A stretch of 42,819 nt of DNA from Polyangia bacterium (GCA_030430565.1 JAUIKS010000008.1:303225-346043), one strand, 5' to 3'. Counted from the first letter of the stretch, positions 8,904 to 18,027 are shown. The notes: generated by a model from the letters alone, not told the origin. Numbers and translations: made by a program.

Positions 8904-10892
8904 ATGCAGCTCATCAAAGTCGCCGCCGCCGCGGTCAACCAGACCCCGCTCGCCTGGGACACCAACCAGGCCAACATCACGCGCGCGATCGCGCTGGCCC
9001 GCGCGGCCGGCGTGACGCTCTTGTGCCTGCCCGAGATGTGCACCAGCGGATATGGCTGTGAGGACAGCTTTCACAGCCGCGGCGTGATCGAGCAGGCCTG
9101 GCGCGTGCTCACCGAGATCGCGCCCGCGACCGCCGGGATGATCGTCTCGCTCGGCCTCCCGATCGTGCACCGCGCGGCCGTCTACAACGCCGCCGCGCTG
9201 CTCGTCGACGGGCGCGTCGCCGGCCTGGTCGGCAAGCGCTTCCTCGCCGGCGACGGGATTCACTACGAGCCGCGCTGGTTTCGCCCGTGGCCCGCCGGCG
9301 CCGCGGTCGACTGGTCCCACCAAGGCGAGCGCTACCGGCTCGGCGACCTGCTGTTCGAGGTCGGCGGGCTGCGGATCGGCTTCGAGATCTGCGAGGACGC
9401 GTGGGTCCCCAACAGGCCCGCGGGGCGCCTCGCCGGTCAGGGCGCCGACTTCATCCTCAACCTCAGCGCCTCGCACTTCGCCTTCGGCCGCCACGAGCAG
9501 CGCCGACGGCTCGTCGTCGAGGGCTCGCGCGCGTTCGGGACGACCTACATCTACGCGAACCTGCTGGGCAACGAGGCCGGCCGCGTCATCTACGGCGGCG
9601 ACGCGCTGATCGCCTCCTGCGGCAAGCTGCTCGCGGCGGGGCCGCGCTTCGGCTTCGAGCCCGCCTACCTGACCGCCTGCGTCGTCGACGTCGACGCGAC
9701 GCGCCTCTACCACGCGCGCACCGCCAGCTTCACGCCCTCGGTCGTCGACCCGCCGGGCAGCGTCGTCGAGGTCCCGGCCGAGTTCCTGCGCGAGCAGATC
9801 GACATCGAGACGCAGTCGGTCGTCGACCCGGCGTGGGCGCGCAGCGACGACTGGAAGTTCGAGGAGTTCACGCGCGCCGAGGCGCTCGCGCTCTACGACT
9901 ACCTGCGCAAGAGCAAGACGCGCGGCTTCGTGATCTCGCTCAGCGGCGGCGCCGACTCGGCGGCCTGCGCCTGCCTCGTCTACTACGCGATCGCGCTGGC
10001 GACCGAGGAGCGCGGCCTCGCCCGCGTCTGCGAGGCGCTGGGATATGACCCCGAGGCCATCCCGAGCTTCGCGGCGCTGATGCGTCAGCTGCTGACCTGC
10101 GTGTACCAGGCGACGCGCAACAGCTCCGAGACCACGCGCGCGGCCGCCGAGGCCGTGGCCGCGGCGGTGCACGCCGACTACCTCGAGCTCGACGTCGACG
10201 CGCTCGTCAACGGCTACACGTCGATGATCGCCGGCGCGCTCGCGCGGCCGCTGACTTGGGAGACCGACGACATCGCGCTGCAGAACATCCAGGCCCGCGC
10301 CCGCGCGCCGGGCGTGTGGATGATCGCCAACATCCGCAACGCGCTATTGCTCGCGACCAGCAACCGCTCGGAGGCCGCCGTCGGCTACGCGACCATGGAC
10401 GGCGACACCAGCGGGAGCCTGAGCCCGATCGCGGGCATCGACAAGGCGTCGCTGCGCAAGTGGCTGCGCTGGGCCGAGGTCCGCGGCCCCGAGGGCGTCG
10501 GCCCGATCCCCGCGCTGAAGGCCATCAACTCACAGCAACCAACCGCCGAGCTGCGCCCGCCCGGCGAGGGGCAGACCGACGAGGGCGACCTGATGCCCTA
10601 CCCGATCCTCGACGCGATCGAGCGCGCGGCGATCCGCGACAAGCTGCCGCCGCGCGACTGCTTTCGGCGCATGCGCACGCGCTATCCCGAGCTCGCCAAG
10701 GCCACGCTGTTCGCCTACATCGAGCGCTTCTTCAAGCTGTGGAGCCGCAACCAGTGGAAGCGCGAGCGCTACGCGCCCTCGTTCCATCTCGACGACGAGA
10801 ACCTCGACCCGAAGACCTGGTGCCGCTTCCCGATCCTCTCTGGCGGCTTTCAGCGCGAGCTGGACGAGCTGCGCCGCGAGCTCGAGCTGTAG
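8904..10892 (+). CDS. nadE: Glutamine-dependent NAD(+) synthetase (N-terminal CN-hydrolase/nitrilase domain + C-terminal NAD synthase domain)
   Basis: 662 aa with an ATG start. Nitrilase-domain start (LLCLPEMCTSGYGCED). NAD-synthase P-loop SGGADSAA (GFVISLSGGADSAACACLV). Length and architecture match long-form NadE. Confidence 0.85.
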   Translation: MQLIKVAAAAVNQTPLAWDTNQANITRAIALARAAGVTLLCLPEMCTSGYGCEDSFHSRGVIEQAWRVLTEIAPATAGMIVSLGLPIVHRAAVYNAAALLVDGRVAGLVGKRFLAGDGIHYEPRWFRPWPAGAAVDWSHQGERYRLGDLLFEVGGLRIGFEICEDAWVPNRPAGRLAGQGADFILNLSASHFAFGRHEQRRRLVVEGSRAFGTTYIYANLLGNEAGRVIYGGDALIASCGKLLAAGPRFGFEPAYLTACVVDVDATRLYHARTASFTPSVVDPPGSVVEVPAEFLREQIDIETQSVVDPAWARSDDWKFEEFTRAEALALYDYLRKSKTRGFVISLSGGADSAACACLVYYAIALATEERGLARVCEALGYDPEAIPSFAALMRQLLTCVYQATRNSSETTRAAAEAVAAAVHADYLELDVDALVNGYTSMIAGALARPLTWETDDIALQNIQARARAPGVWMIANIRNALLLATSNRSEAAVGYATMDGDTSGSLSPIAGIDKASLRKWLRWAEVRGPEGVGPIPALKAINSQQPTAELRPPGEGQTDEGDLMPYPILDAIERAAIRDKLPPRDCFRRMRTRYPELAKATLFAYIERFFKLWSRNQWKRERYAPSFHLDDENLDPKTWCRFPILSGGFQRELDELRRELEL

Positions 10893-10897
10893 CGATC

Positions 10898-11959
10898 GTG
10901 CACCCGGCGGACCGCGAGCGCGTCGACGCGATCAAGGACTGGCTCGAGGAGGAGCCGAGCCGCGGCCTGTTTCGCTCGCTGCTCCGCGCGCTGCGTGAGC
11001 TCCTCGATCCGGCGCTGCGGCGCGACCTCATCGCCTACTGCGCGCGCGCGCTGCGGCCGTGGCCGACAACGCTGCGCGAGGTCCAGGAGCCGTTCTTCCT
11101 CGACGCCTGGATGGACGCGCCGGACGAGGTCATGACCCTGATCCAGGCGATCGCGGCCCACGAGATCGGCGTCGACGACGACGCGCTCACGCGACTCGCC
11201 GCGCTGCCGGAGCTCCGCGGGCTGCGGCGGCTCGAGCTGTACTGGAACGGGGTCGGGCTCGCCGGCGTGCAGGCGCTGGTTCACTCCCCGCACCTCCACG
11301 GCCTCGAGCACCTCGGGCTGCGCTACAACCGGATCGACGCGCGCTGCGTCCGCGCGATCGCGGACGCGCCGAACCTCCGGCGCCTGCGTCACCTCGACCT
11401 CGGCGAGAACGCGCTCGGCCCCGCGTCGGTGCGGGCGCTGGGCGACTCGGGCGACCTGCCGGCGCTGCGCTCCCTGGTGATCTCGGAGGTTCGGGAGGGG
11501 CTCACGAGCGCGCGGGCGCTGTCGCGGTCGCGGCTGAGCGCGCGGCTCGAGCGACTCGAGCTCGTCAACGCGCGGCTGGGCGATCGCGGCGCCGCAGCCC
11601 TGGTCGCCTCCTCGCGCTGGCGCGCGCTCCGGCACCTCGATCTCAGCGCCAACCAGATCGGCTCGCCGGGGCTCGCAGCGCTGCTGCGCGGCGGCCTGCC
11701 CACGCTCGAGCGATTCGAACTCGGCGAGAACCAAGTCGGCCCCGAGGGCCTCCGCGCGCTCGCCCGCCCTGGCGCGCTCCCGCGGCTCCGCGTGCTCAAC
11801 CTCGCGCAGAGCCCCATCACCGAGATCGGCGCCCGGCTCCTCTCGGAGCCGGCTACGCTGCCCGCCCTGCGGCACCTCGACGTCTCGAGCTGCGGGCTCG
11901 AAGAGCCCGCGCTCGCGCGTCTTCGACGCGCGCGCCCTGAGTGCGCCGTCGAAGGGTAA
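10898..11959 (+). CDS. Cytoplasmic leucine-rich-repeat protein (ribonuclease-inhibitor-like LRRs)
   Basis: Frame is open from within nadE. Proposed GTG start at 10898, 5 nt after the nadE stop; about 353 aa. About 9 tandem 28-29-residue repeats with LxxLxLxxNxIGxxGxxAL spacing (LRHLDLSANQIGSPGLAAL, LERFELGENQVGPEGLRAL). No signal peptide. Confidence 0.7.
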   Translation: MHPADRERVDAIKDWLEEEPSRGLFRSLLRALRELLDPALRRDLIAYCARALRPWPTTLREVQEPFFLDAWMDAPDEVMTLIQAIAAHEIGVDDDALTRLAALPELRGLRRLELYWNGVGLAGVQALVHSPHLHGLEHLGLRYNRIDARCVRAIADAPNLRRLRHLDLGENALGPASVRALGDSGDLPALRSLVISEVREGLTSARALSRSRLSARLERLELVNARLGDRGAAALVASSRWRALRHLDLSANQIGSPGLAALLRGGLPTLERFELGENQVGPEGLRALARPGALPRLRVLNLAQSPITEIGARLLSEPATLPALRHLDVSSCGLEEPALARLRRARPECAVEG

Positions 11960-11963
11960 GCGC

Positions 11964-12833
11964 CTACATCTCGGGGTCGATCAGGACCGTGAGCGAGGTC
12001 CCCGGCAGCGCGCCGAGGGTGTATGTCATGAAGTTCAGATCGGGGTGGGTCACCGTGTACTCCGAGGCGGCCGGCGCGCCCGGGACGATGAACAGGCCCG
12101 TCGACGAGGTCTCGGTGTTGACGGCCCCCATCGTCTGGAAGATCCCGTCCTCGTGGAAATCATCGCCGTAGTACACGGTCGGGCAGCCGCCGCAGCTGAT
12201 GCTCGCGCCGGGCACACCGCCCTTGTTCATGTCGCGGATGTAGCCGATCACGGCGCCGTCGGTCGCGATCGTCGCGGTCGAGCCGGCCATCATGAGCCCC
12301 ATGTCGGTGCCGGCCACCGTGTCGACGTCGAGCACCCACGCCTTGTGCTCGGGGAGCTCGTCCCCGTCCGCCAGGTCCATGTAGCGGATCGGGCGCATGC
12401 CCGAGGCCGAGGGTGAAACGATCGTCCCGGAGTTGTCGCAGTCGTGGACCAGGATCACGAGCCCGAACTCCGGCTTGCTCATGATCCCGGTGACCATGAA
12501 CTTCCCGTCAGGCATGAGCTCGGTGCTCGCGAGCGCCACCGCCTCGCCCTGCTCCATCGTCGGCACTGGATCGACGATGCTGACGCACACGCTGCCCGCG
12601 GCCGACATGTACGGCTCGCCGGTGAACAGGTCGACCGCGGTGCCGGAGATCGCGAAGCCTGGGCCCATCATCCCGGTCTCGCCCATGGTCATGGGGCCTG
12701 CGCTGGGGTCGGTCTCGGCCGTGGTCTCGCCGGTCGCGTCGGTGTCCTCGCCGCTGTCGCCGCACGCGCCCGCGCTCGCCAAGAGCAAGAACGCCGCGGC
12801 GCTGGTGATCGCTACTAGTCTGCTGCGTTTCAT
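11964..12833 (-). CDS. Hypothetical secreted lipoprotein
   Basis: 289 aa with an ATG start. N-terminus MKRSRLVAITSAAAFLLLASAGACGDSGED is a signal peptide plus lipobox Cys followed by an acidic low-complexity tether. Convergent with the LRR gene, 4 nt gap. Confidence 0.6.
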   Translation of the reverse strand: MKRSRLVAITSAAAFLLLASAGACGDSGEDTDATGETTAETDPSAGPMTMGETGMMGPGFAISGTAVDLFTGEPYMSAAGSVCVSIVDPVPTMEQGEAVALASTELMPDGKFMVTGIMSKPEFGLVILVHDCDNSGTIVSPSASGMRPIRYMDLADGDELPEHKAWVLDVDTVAGTDMGLMMAGSTATIATDGAVIGYIRDMNKGGVPGASISCGGCPTVYYGDDFHEDGIFQTMGAVNTETSSTGLFIVPGAPAASEYTVTHPDLNFMTYTLGALPGTSLTVLIDPEM

Positions 12834-13093
12834 GGTGTCGTCGCCTTCCGCCTGAGCACGTCGCTGGTGCAGCGACCGCGCGCGGATCTACGCGGCCCCC
12901 AATGGCCGCGGCTGAAGCACGTTGGACAGCGCGCGCGTCTCAAGAGTGTCATCACGAAGGACCGCGGATCCATTCAGCCTGCCCCATAAGACCTGTGGTT
13001 TTTTTTCCCCCCGCGCGCGTCCGCGCCGGCGAGAGGAAATATCCCCGCGACGACGCCCCGCGCGTCACGGCCGCGCGCGTGACCGCGCCCGAC

Positions 13094-13888
13094 TCAGGAG
13101 GCCGGCGCCGGATCGTCGAGCTCGGGATAGCGGCGAAAGATCCCGTCCTCGTTGAACGGGATCCGGCGCGGAGACGCGAGGTACGCGGCGATACGCGGCA
13201 GCGCGGCGACCCTCGCCCGCAGCGCCGTGAGCCGCGGGATCGTCGGCTCGACGCGCGCGTAGGCCCGCGGGAACGCGTAGGCCAGGCCCTCGAGGGTCTG
13301 GAACATCGAGAGGTCGACGTAGCTGAGGCGCGCGCCCACGAGGTGTCGCCCGCCGCTGGCCGTGTTGGCCGTGAGGACATGTTCAAAATAACCCAGGAAC
13401 TTGGGCAGGCGCGCGCCGCGAAAGCCCTCGGCGCACCGCCTCGCCGCCTCGACCTGGTCCTCGAAGTACTTCGACTTGGCGATCGGGTGGTGCGTGTCGT
13501 GGGCCTCCGCGACCAGGTCGGCGATCGTCAGCTGCAGCTGGTTGGCCTCGAGCTGGCGCCCCTCGTCCGCCGGCGCGAGGCCGTGACGGCGCGCGAGGTA
13601 CAGGCAGACGTTCGCGACCTGCGCGAGCACGAGCTCGCCATGACGCAAGATCGGCGGCGCGAGCGGCAGCACGCCGACGCCGAGGCCGCCGCCCCGAAAC
13701 GCGCCGACCACCGCCTTGAGCCCGCCGCCCTCCGACTCGGGCAGGCGCGCGACGCCGCGGTAGCGCGCGCCGGCCTGCTCCAGCACGAGGCGGACGTACT
13801 CGCCGCGCCCTTGCAGCGTCGGCCAGTAGTACAGCTCGTAGGTCGGATCCTCGTGGTTCGCGCCCGCGTCGATTGTCGCTTCTTGCAT
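13094..13888 (-). CDS. Glutathione S-transferase family protein
   Basis: Start taken at the internal ATG at 13886-13888, preceded by AGGAG; the ORF track extends 11 codons further. YELYYWPTLQGRGEYVRLVLEQ thioredoxin-like N-domain plus a helical C-domain, as in GSTs. Confidence 0.75.
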   Translation of the reverse strand: MQEATIDAGANHEDPTYELYYWPTLQGRGEYVRLVLEQAGARYRGVARLPESEGGGLKAVVGAFRGGGLGVGVLPLAPPILRHGELVLAQVANVCLYLARRHGLAPADEGRQLEANQLQLTIADLVAEAHDTHHPIAKSKYFEDQVEAARRCAEGFRGARLPKFLGYFEHVLTANTASGGRHLVGARLSYVDLSMFQTLEGLAYAFPRAYARVEPTIPRLTALRARVAALPRIAAYLASPRRIPFNEDGIFRRYPELDDPAPAS

Positions 13889-13929
13889 CTCGCTCCTGCT
13901 CCTCTCGGCTGGCGCGAGCATAGACGAGC

Positions 13930-13958
13930 GGGCGGCCCGCGGTCTCCCGGGGCCGCCC
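13930..13958 (-). terminator. GC-rich hairpin downstream of the VWA lipoprotein gene (candidate terminator, no T tract)
   Basis: GGGCGGCCC-N11-GGGCCGCCC 9-bp inverted repeat, about 25 nt past the stop at 13982. Confidence 0.3.
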
Positions 13959-13981
13959 GCGAGGGCGCGGCGCGGCGTCGA

Positions 13982-15334
13982 TCAGCCCGCCGGCGGGCAC
14001 GAGTAGTAGAGCTCCAGATCGCCGGAGCTCTGGTACCCCGCGCACACGGCCCCGCACAGCTCGATCTCGGTCTCGCTCTCGTCGGTGTAGCGCCAGCCGT
14101 CCTCGGTCATGCAGTCGGCGCCGTCGGGCAGCGGCTCCGGGTACTCCTCGCCGTCGATGACGATCTTCTCGAACAGCTTGCCCTCGGGGATCGAGAGCAG
14201 GATGTTGCAGGAGAGCACCTCGTCCTGGAAGATCTGGTCGAGCGCCTCCTGCAGCTCGATCTTGTTGACCGCGTTGAAGAACTTCTCGCCCGGGTCGTCC
14301 TTCGGCGAGCCGCCGGCGACCGCCGCGTCGTTGAGCACCTCGAAGGCGTTGATGCCCTGCGCGTCGACCTCGTTGGAGATGTCGACGCCGACCACGAAGG
14401 TCGTGATCCCGAGCTCGAGCGCCGCCGAGATCGTCGGCACCAAGTTCGCGTCGTAGTTGAGCAGCTCGGCGTCGTCGGCCGCCGAGGTGCTGCAGTTCGC
14501 CGCGCCGTCGGTGATCAGGATGATGTAGCTGTCCTGCATCTCCTGCTCCGGCAGGCTCTGCAGGTGCGCGATCGCGGAGCTCATGCCCTTCTCGGCCGGC
14601 GTGCCGCCGGCGAGGTCGGTCGCGCCCGCGAGCGGGATGCCCGAGAGCACCGCCTCCGCGTTCTCGAAGGCGACCGAGACCTCCGGGGTGTCCATCACCA
14701 CGCAGGCCTGCGGGCCGAGCACGGCCTGGGCGTCGACCGCGGGGAACAGCTGGGCGCCGAGGTTGATCTGCGAGTCGAAGGACTCACCGATCACCTGCAC
14801 GACCTCGTGCAAGCTCCGCCAGCGCGTCACCTTGGGCGTCGCCTCGACCCCGGGCTCGTCGTCCTTGATGCCATCGTCGTCGGCGTCGTCGGCGTCGTCG
14901 TCCCAGTTGTTGTCGGGGTTGACCATCGAGCCTGACTTATCGAGCACGAGCACCACATTGGGCGGGATGTACACTTCCTCCTCGATCTCGGCGGTGTCGC
15001 AGACCAGCGGGTCGATCTCGCAGTAGCCGCTCTCGCACTTCTCGTTCCACTCGCAGTCCTGCTTCGACTCGCACTCGTCGCCGACGCTCGGATCGATCGG
15101 GCCGGTGGTCTCGGTCCCGTCGCTCGAGCCGGCCGTCGTCGCGGTGTCGCCCGTGGACGACCCGCCGATCGTGTCGAGCGTGACGAGGCTGTCGCTGTCG
15201 GCCGGGGTGTCCTGGGTCGTCTCGCCCGGCATGTCGTCGCCGGTGCAGGCCGTGAGCGCGAGGCCGACGAGCGCGAGCGCCAGCGGCAGGCAGGAGCGAC
15301 GGGGACGGGAGATACGGTGGGTGCTTCGGTACAT
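13982..15334 (-). CDS. Secreted lipoprotein with von Willebrand factor type A (VWA) domain
   Basis: Start at the internal ATG at 15332-15334, giving MYRSTHRISRPRRSCLPLALALVGLALTACTGDD (signal peptide plus lipobox). A Cys-rich module (CESKQDCEWNEKCESGYCEIDPLVCD) is followed by a MIDAS motif (VLVLDKSGSM) and ...ILITDG. The upstream 128 codons of the ORF track look like non-coding read-through. Confidence 0.7.
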   Translation of the reverse strand: MYRSTHRISRPRRSCLPLALALVGLALTACTGDDMPGETTQDTPADSDSLVTLDTIGGSSTGDTATTAGSSDGTETTGPIDPSVGDECESKQDCEWNEKCESGYCEIDPLVCDTAEIEEEVYIPPNVVLVLDKSGSMVNPDNNWDDDADDADDDGIKDDEPGVEATPKVTRWRSLHEVVQVIGESFDSQINLGAQLFPAVDAQAVLGPQACVVMDTPEVSVAFENAEAVLSGIPLAGATDLAGGTPAEKGMSSAIAHLQSLPEQEMQDSYIILITDGAANCSTSAADDAELLNYDANLVPTISAALELGITTFVVGVDISNEVDAQGINAFEVLNDAAVAGGSPKDDPGEKFFNAVNKIELQEALDQIFQDEVLSCNILLSIPEGKLFEKIVIDGEEYPEPLPDGADCMTEDGWRYTDESETEIELCGAVCAGYQSSGDLELYYSCPPAG

Positions 15335-15729
15335 GGCAGACCTCTTCTTCGATAGCGACGGACCGCGCCACGTAGACGCGCTGCAGCGAGCGCGCGCGCG
15401 CGGCGAGGTGGACACAGGTGAGCTGGACGCGCGACCGATCGCTGAGGAGCTCAGCGTCGACGCGGCGGCTCGTCTGCGGGCGCTCGCCGACCGGGCCGGC
15501 GAGCGAGGTTTGACCTCACTGGCGCGGCGCGGCGCGGCTCGTTCGCCCGAGGCGAGTCCTGTTGAACTTGCCCCTTCGACACCCCGCCCCGGGGTTTTTA
15601 CGGAAACCGCGATCAACAAAAATTCTCGCCGCGGCGGCGCGCCGCTCCAGCTGCGACGCTGTGGGCGCCCGCGCACAGCCAGCGCCCGGCTTGACCGCGC
15701 CCGCGCGCGACGGGACACTCATCTCCTAC

Positions 15730-16911
15730 ATGTCCATCAAGACATACGCTTCACTCCTGGCGCTGCTCGTGACCGCGGGCTGCGTGAGCCCGAGCAGCGG
15801 GGCGCGCCAGCTCGATCGGACGATCCGCGCCGAGCTGAAGAAGATGGAGCTGCCGCGGGCGGAGCGCTCGACCCTCGATCCGCTCGCCGCCGACATCCGC
15901 GTCACGCTGAAGGACGGCGTGGTGAAGGTCGACGACGTCGCGGTCTGGTCCGCGGTCCCTGACACCAAGCGCGCGCGCGAGCGCGAGCCCGATGAGCCGC
16001 GCGCGCGCTACTCACGGTCCGCGGCGCTGCGCCTCGGTCCCGCGCCGCCGCCCGATGGCTCCTCATGGGCGCAGCCCGAGCTGACGCGCGCGCTCGAGGC
16101 CGCGAAGGACGGCGCCCGGGCGGGGCGCGAGGCGGCCGGCGAAGAGTACCGTGGTCGCTACACGATCTACGCCGACGCGCGCGCCCGCTTCGGCGAGCTG
16201 GTCGCGGTGATGTACAACGCCGGGCGCCTCGAGCTGCGCCAACCATCGCTCGCGGTCCGCGGGCGCGACGGCGAGCTGGCGGCGCTGCCGATCTCGATCC
16301 CCAAGTTCTGCGCGATCGAGCGTGACGACGCGCGCGCGCACCACGAGCTCGCCGACTGCTACGAGCCGCGCGTGACGGTGATCGAGGACGTCGTCGCGCT
16401 GCGCGGCCGCGCCAGCCACCCGCGGGGCGAGTGCATGTACGCGATGCGAGCGACCGACCTCAAGCCGACCAGCGTGGAGATGATGGCCGCCTGGAAGACG
16501 CCCTTGACGCCTGAGGAGCAGAAGGAGCTGCACAAGAAGTTGGGCTTCCCCCGCGTCGAGGAGCGGGCGAAGAGTGAGAGTGAGAGTGGGAGTGAGAGTG
16601 AGAGTGAGCGTGGGAGTGAGCGTGAAAGCGAGCCCGCGCCGCCGGCCGCTCCGCCTCCGCCTCCGCCGTGCCGCGCGCTCACGATCGCCGACATCGAGCG
16701 CGACCCGGAGGTGATGCGCGCCGCGATCGCCGAGCTCCACGAGGGTCTCGACCCCTGCCCCCAGACCACGCTCACCGCCAGCTTCCCCACGCGCTGGCAG
16801 GCGGTCATCACCGTCTTCGACGCCCTGCGCTCGCTCGGCTACGAGCGCGTCGTCATCGAGGCCGGCGCGGAGGATCCCGAGCCCTGCGTCAGCCCTCCTG
16901 AAACTCGTTGA
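15730..16911 (+). CDS. Hypothetical lipoprotein with Ser-Glu microsatellite repeat and poly-Pro linker
   Basis: Internal ATG at 15730 gives MSIKTYASLLALLVTAGCVSP (signal peptide plus lipobox). Two segments are weakly reminiscent of ExbD/TolR-like folds (RYTIYADARARFGELVAVMYNAGRLEL; WQAVITVFDALRSLGYERVVIEAG). The central SESESGSESESERGSERESEPAPPAAPPPPPP is encoded by a (GAGTGA)n repeat. Confidence 0.6.
   Translation: MSIKTYASLLALLVTAGCVSPSSGARQLDRTIRAELKKMELPRAERSTLDPLAADIRVTLKDGVVKVDDVAVWSAVPDTKRAREREPDEPRARYSRSAALRLGPAPPPDGSSWAQPELTRALEAAKDGARAGREAAGEEYRGRYTIYADARARFGELVAVMYNAGRLELRQPSLAVRGRDGELAALPISIPKFCAIERDDARAHHELADCYEPRVTVIEDVVALRGRASHPRGECMYAMRATDLKPTSVEMMAAWKTPLTPEEQKELHKKLGFPRVEERAKSESESGSESESERGSERESEPAPPAAPPPPPPCRALTIADIERDPEVMRAAIAELHEGLDPCPQTTLTASFPTRWQAVITVFDALRSLGYERVVIEAGAEDPEPCVSPPETR
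16571..16628 (+). repeat. (GAGTGA)n hexanucleotide microsatellite, in-frame within a CDS (Ser-Glu repeats)
   Basis: agagtgagagtgagagtgggagtgagagtgagagtgagcgtgggagtgagcgtgaaagc; about 9 units with point variants. Confidence 0.8.
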
Positions 16912-17182
16912 TCACGGTGAACTTCCCGCACGCGCCGCACACGAGCTCGACGTCGTCCCACGAGTGCCCGTTCGGGTAGCTGAAGCCCCAGTTGTTGTAG
17001 ATCTTCAGGTTGCCGGCGACGTTCTCGCACGCGCCGCAGGCGAGCGCGGTCGCCACGCCCGATCCGTGCCAGGTCTCGAACAGCCCCTCGCCGTCCTTGA
17101 TAACCACCCGCGCCGGCAGCTCGCGAAAATTCGCGGGCGCCCAGCGGGGCGCGTCCGCGACCGAGATAAGCCGCTGTCCCAT
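16889..17182 (-). CDS. Small hypothetical protein with two CGAC (CxxC) pairs, possible zinc ribbon
   Basis: 97 aa with an ATG at 17180-17182 and strong GC3 bias. LACGACENV ... LVCGACGKF. The 3' end overlaps the convergent gene 15730-16911 by 23 nt. It sits 30 nt downstream of the secreted-protein gene on the same strand. Confidence 0.45.
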   Translation of the reverse strand: MGQRLISVADAPRWAPANFRELPARVVIKDGEGLFETWHGSGVATALACGACENVAGNLKIYNNWGFSYPNGHSWDDVELVCGACGKFTVINEFQEG

Positions 17183-17211
17183 ACCTGTCTCTTACAACAC
17201 ATTACTCGCGG

Positions 17212-18027
17212 TCAGAAGGACTCATCCGGCCGCGCGGGGTCGTCGACGCAGGCGGCGTAGGTGACGCTGGGCCTGACGCCGCGGGACACGCGTACGCAGC
17301 CCGGGCGCAGCCGCCACGGCGTACGCGTCTCGAGCTGCCCCTCCCCCGAGGCGACGCAGGACCACAGCGCGGTCTCGGCGGCCTTGTCGTCGGCGTCGCT
17401 GAGGTGGGGGCGGACGCGCTCGCGCGTCCGCTCGCACTCGAGCTCGACGCGGGCCGCGAGCTCGTCACAGGCGCCCTGCTGCTCGGGACGATCGGCCTCG
17501 CGCTCGCGCTGCACGCAGTCGCGGTCTCGCGGTCGCGCGACGATCTGCACGCGCCCGCGCTGATCCGACCAGCGCCCCGTCCACGTCGTCTTCCAGACCC
17601 GCAGCCGCTTGCGGTAGCCCCAGCGGTTCGAGAGCCGCGACTCTCGGTGGGCGCCGTCTTCGACGATCGTCACGGCGCCGCCGGGCGCGAACTCGATCGT
17701 CAGCGAGGCCTCGAGGTGCTCCCCGTCCGCGCCCCCGCGGAAGTGTCGATTGTAGGAGGCGCTGCTCTGCATCGACCACGACCTCGGAGGCGCGCCCGCG
17801 GGCGCAGGCAGCTCGATCGGCGCGAGCGCGTCGCCATCGTCCTCCGGCGGCGCGTCGGGGACGACCGCGGCCTCCGGCGCGGGGAGCTCCGCCGCTGCGT
17901 CCTCCGACTCGACGGGCGCCGAGACCGAAGGCTCCACCGAGGCGCTCGGCGCCCGCTCTTGGGCTCTGCACGCGCCGAGCGCGACCACGACCACAACCAG
18001 CCCGTGCCGAAGGTCCGCGCGCACCAT
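17212..18027 (-). CDS. Hypothetical secreted protein
   Basis: Start at the internal ATG at 18025-18027, giving MVRADLRHGLVVVVVALGACRAQE (signal peptide). An acidic/Pro-rich region precedes a C-terminal Cys-containing domain. The upstream portion of the ORF-track entry overlaps the divergent cupin gene and is rejected. Confidence 0.55.
   Translation of the reverse strand: MVRADLRHGLVVVVVALGACRAQERAPSASVEPSVSAPVESEDAAAELPAPEAAVVPDAPPEDDGDALAPIELPAPAGAPPRSWSMQSSASYNRHFRGGADGEHLEASLTIEFAPGGAVTIVEDGAHRESRLSNRWGYRKRLRVWKTTWTGRWSDQRGRVQIVARPRDRDCVQREREADRPEQQGACDELAARVELECERTRERVRPHLSDADDKAAETALWSCVASGEGQLETRTPWRLRPGCVRVSRGVRPSVTYAACVDDPARPDESF

Noticed and set aside
15594-15622. CCCCGGGG palindrome followed by T5 (terminator-like) in the divergent promoter region 15335-15729
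   Set aside because: No upstream gene reads into it on either strand, since both flanking genes diverge from this region. It cannot be a terminator and is probably part of promoter architecture; there is not enough evidence to call a feature.
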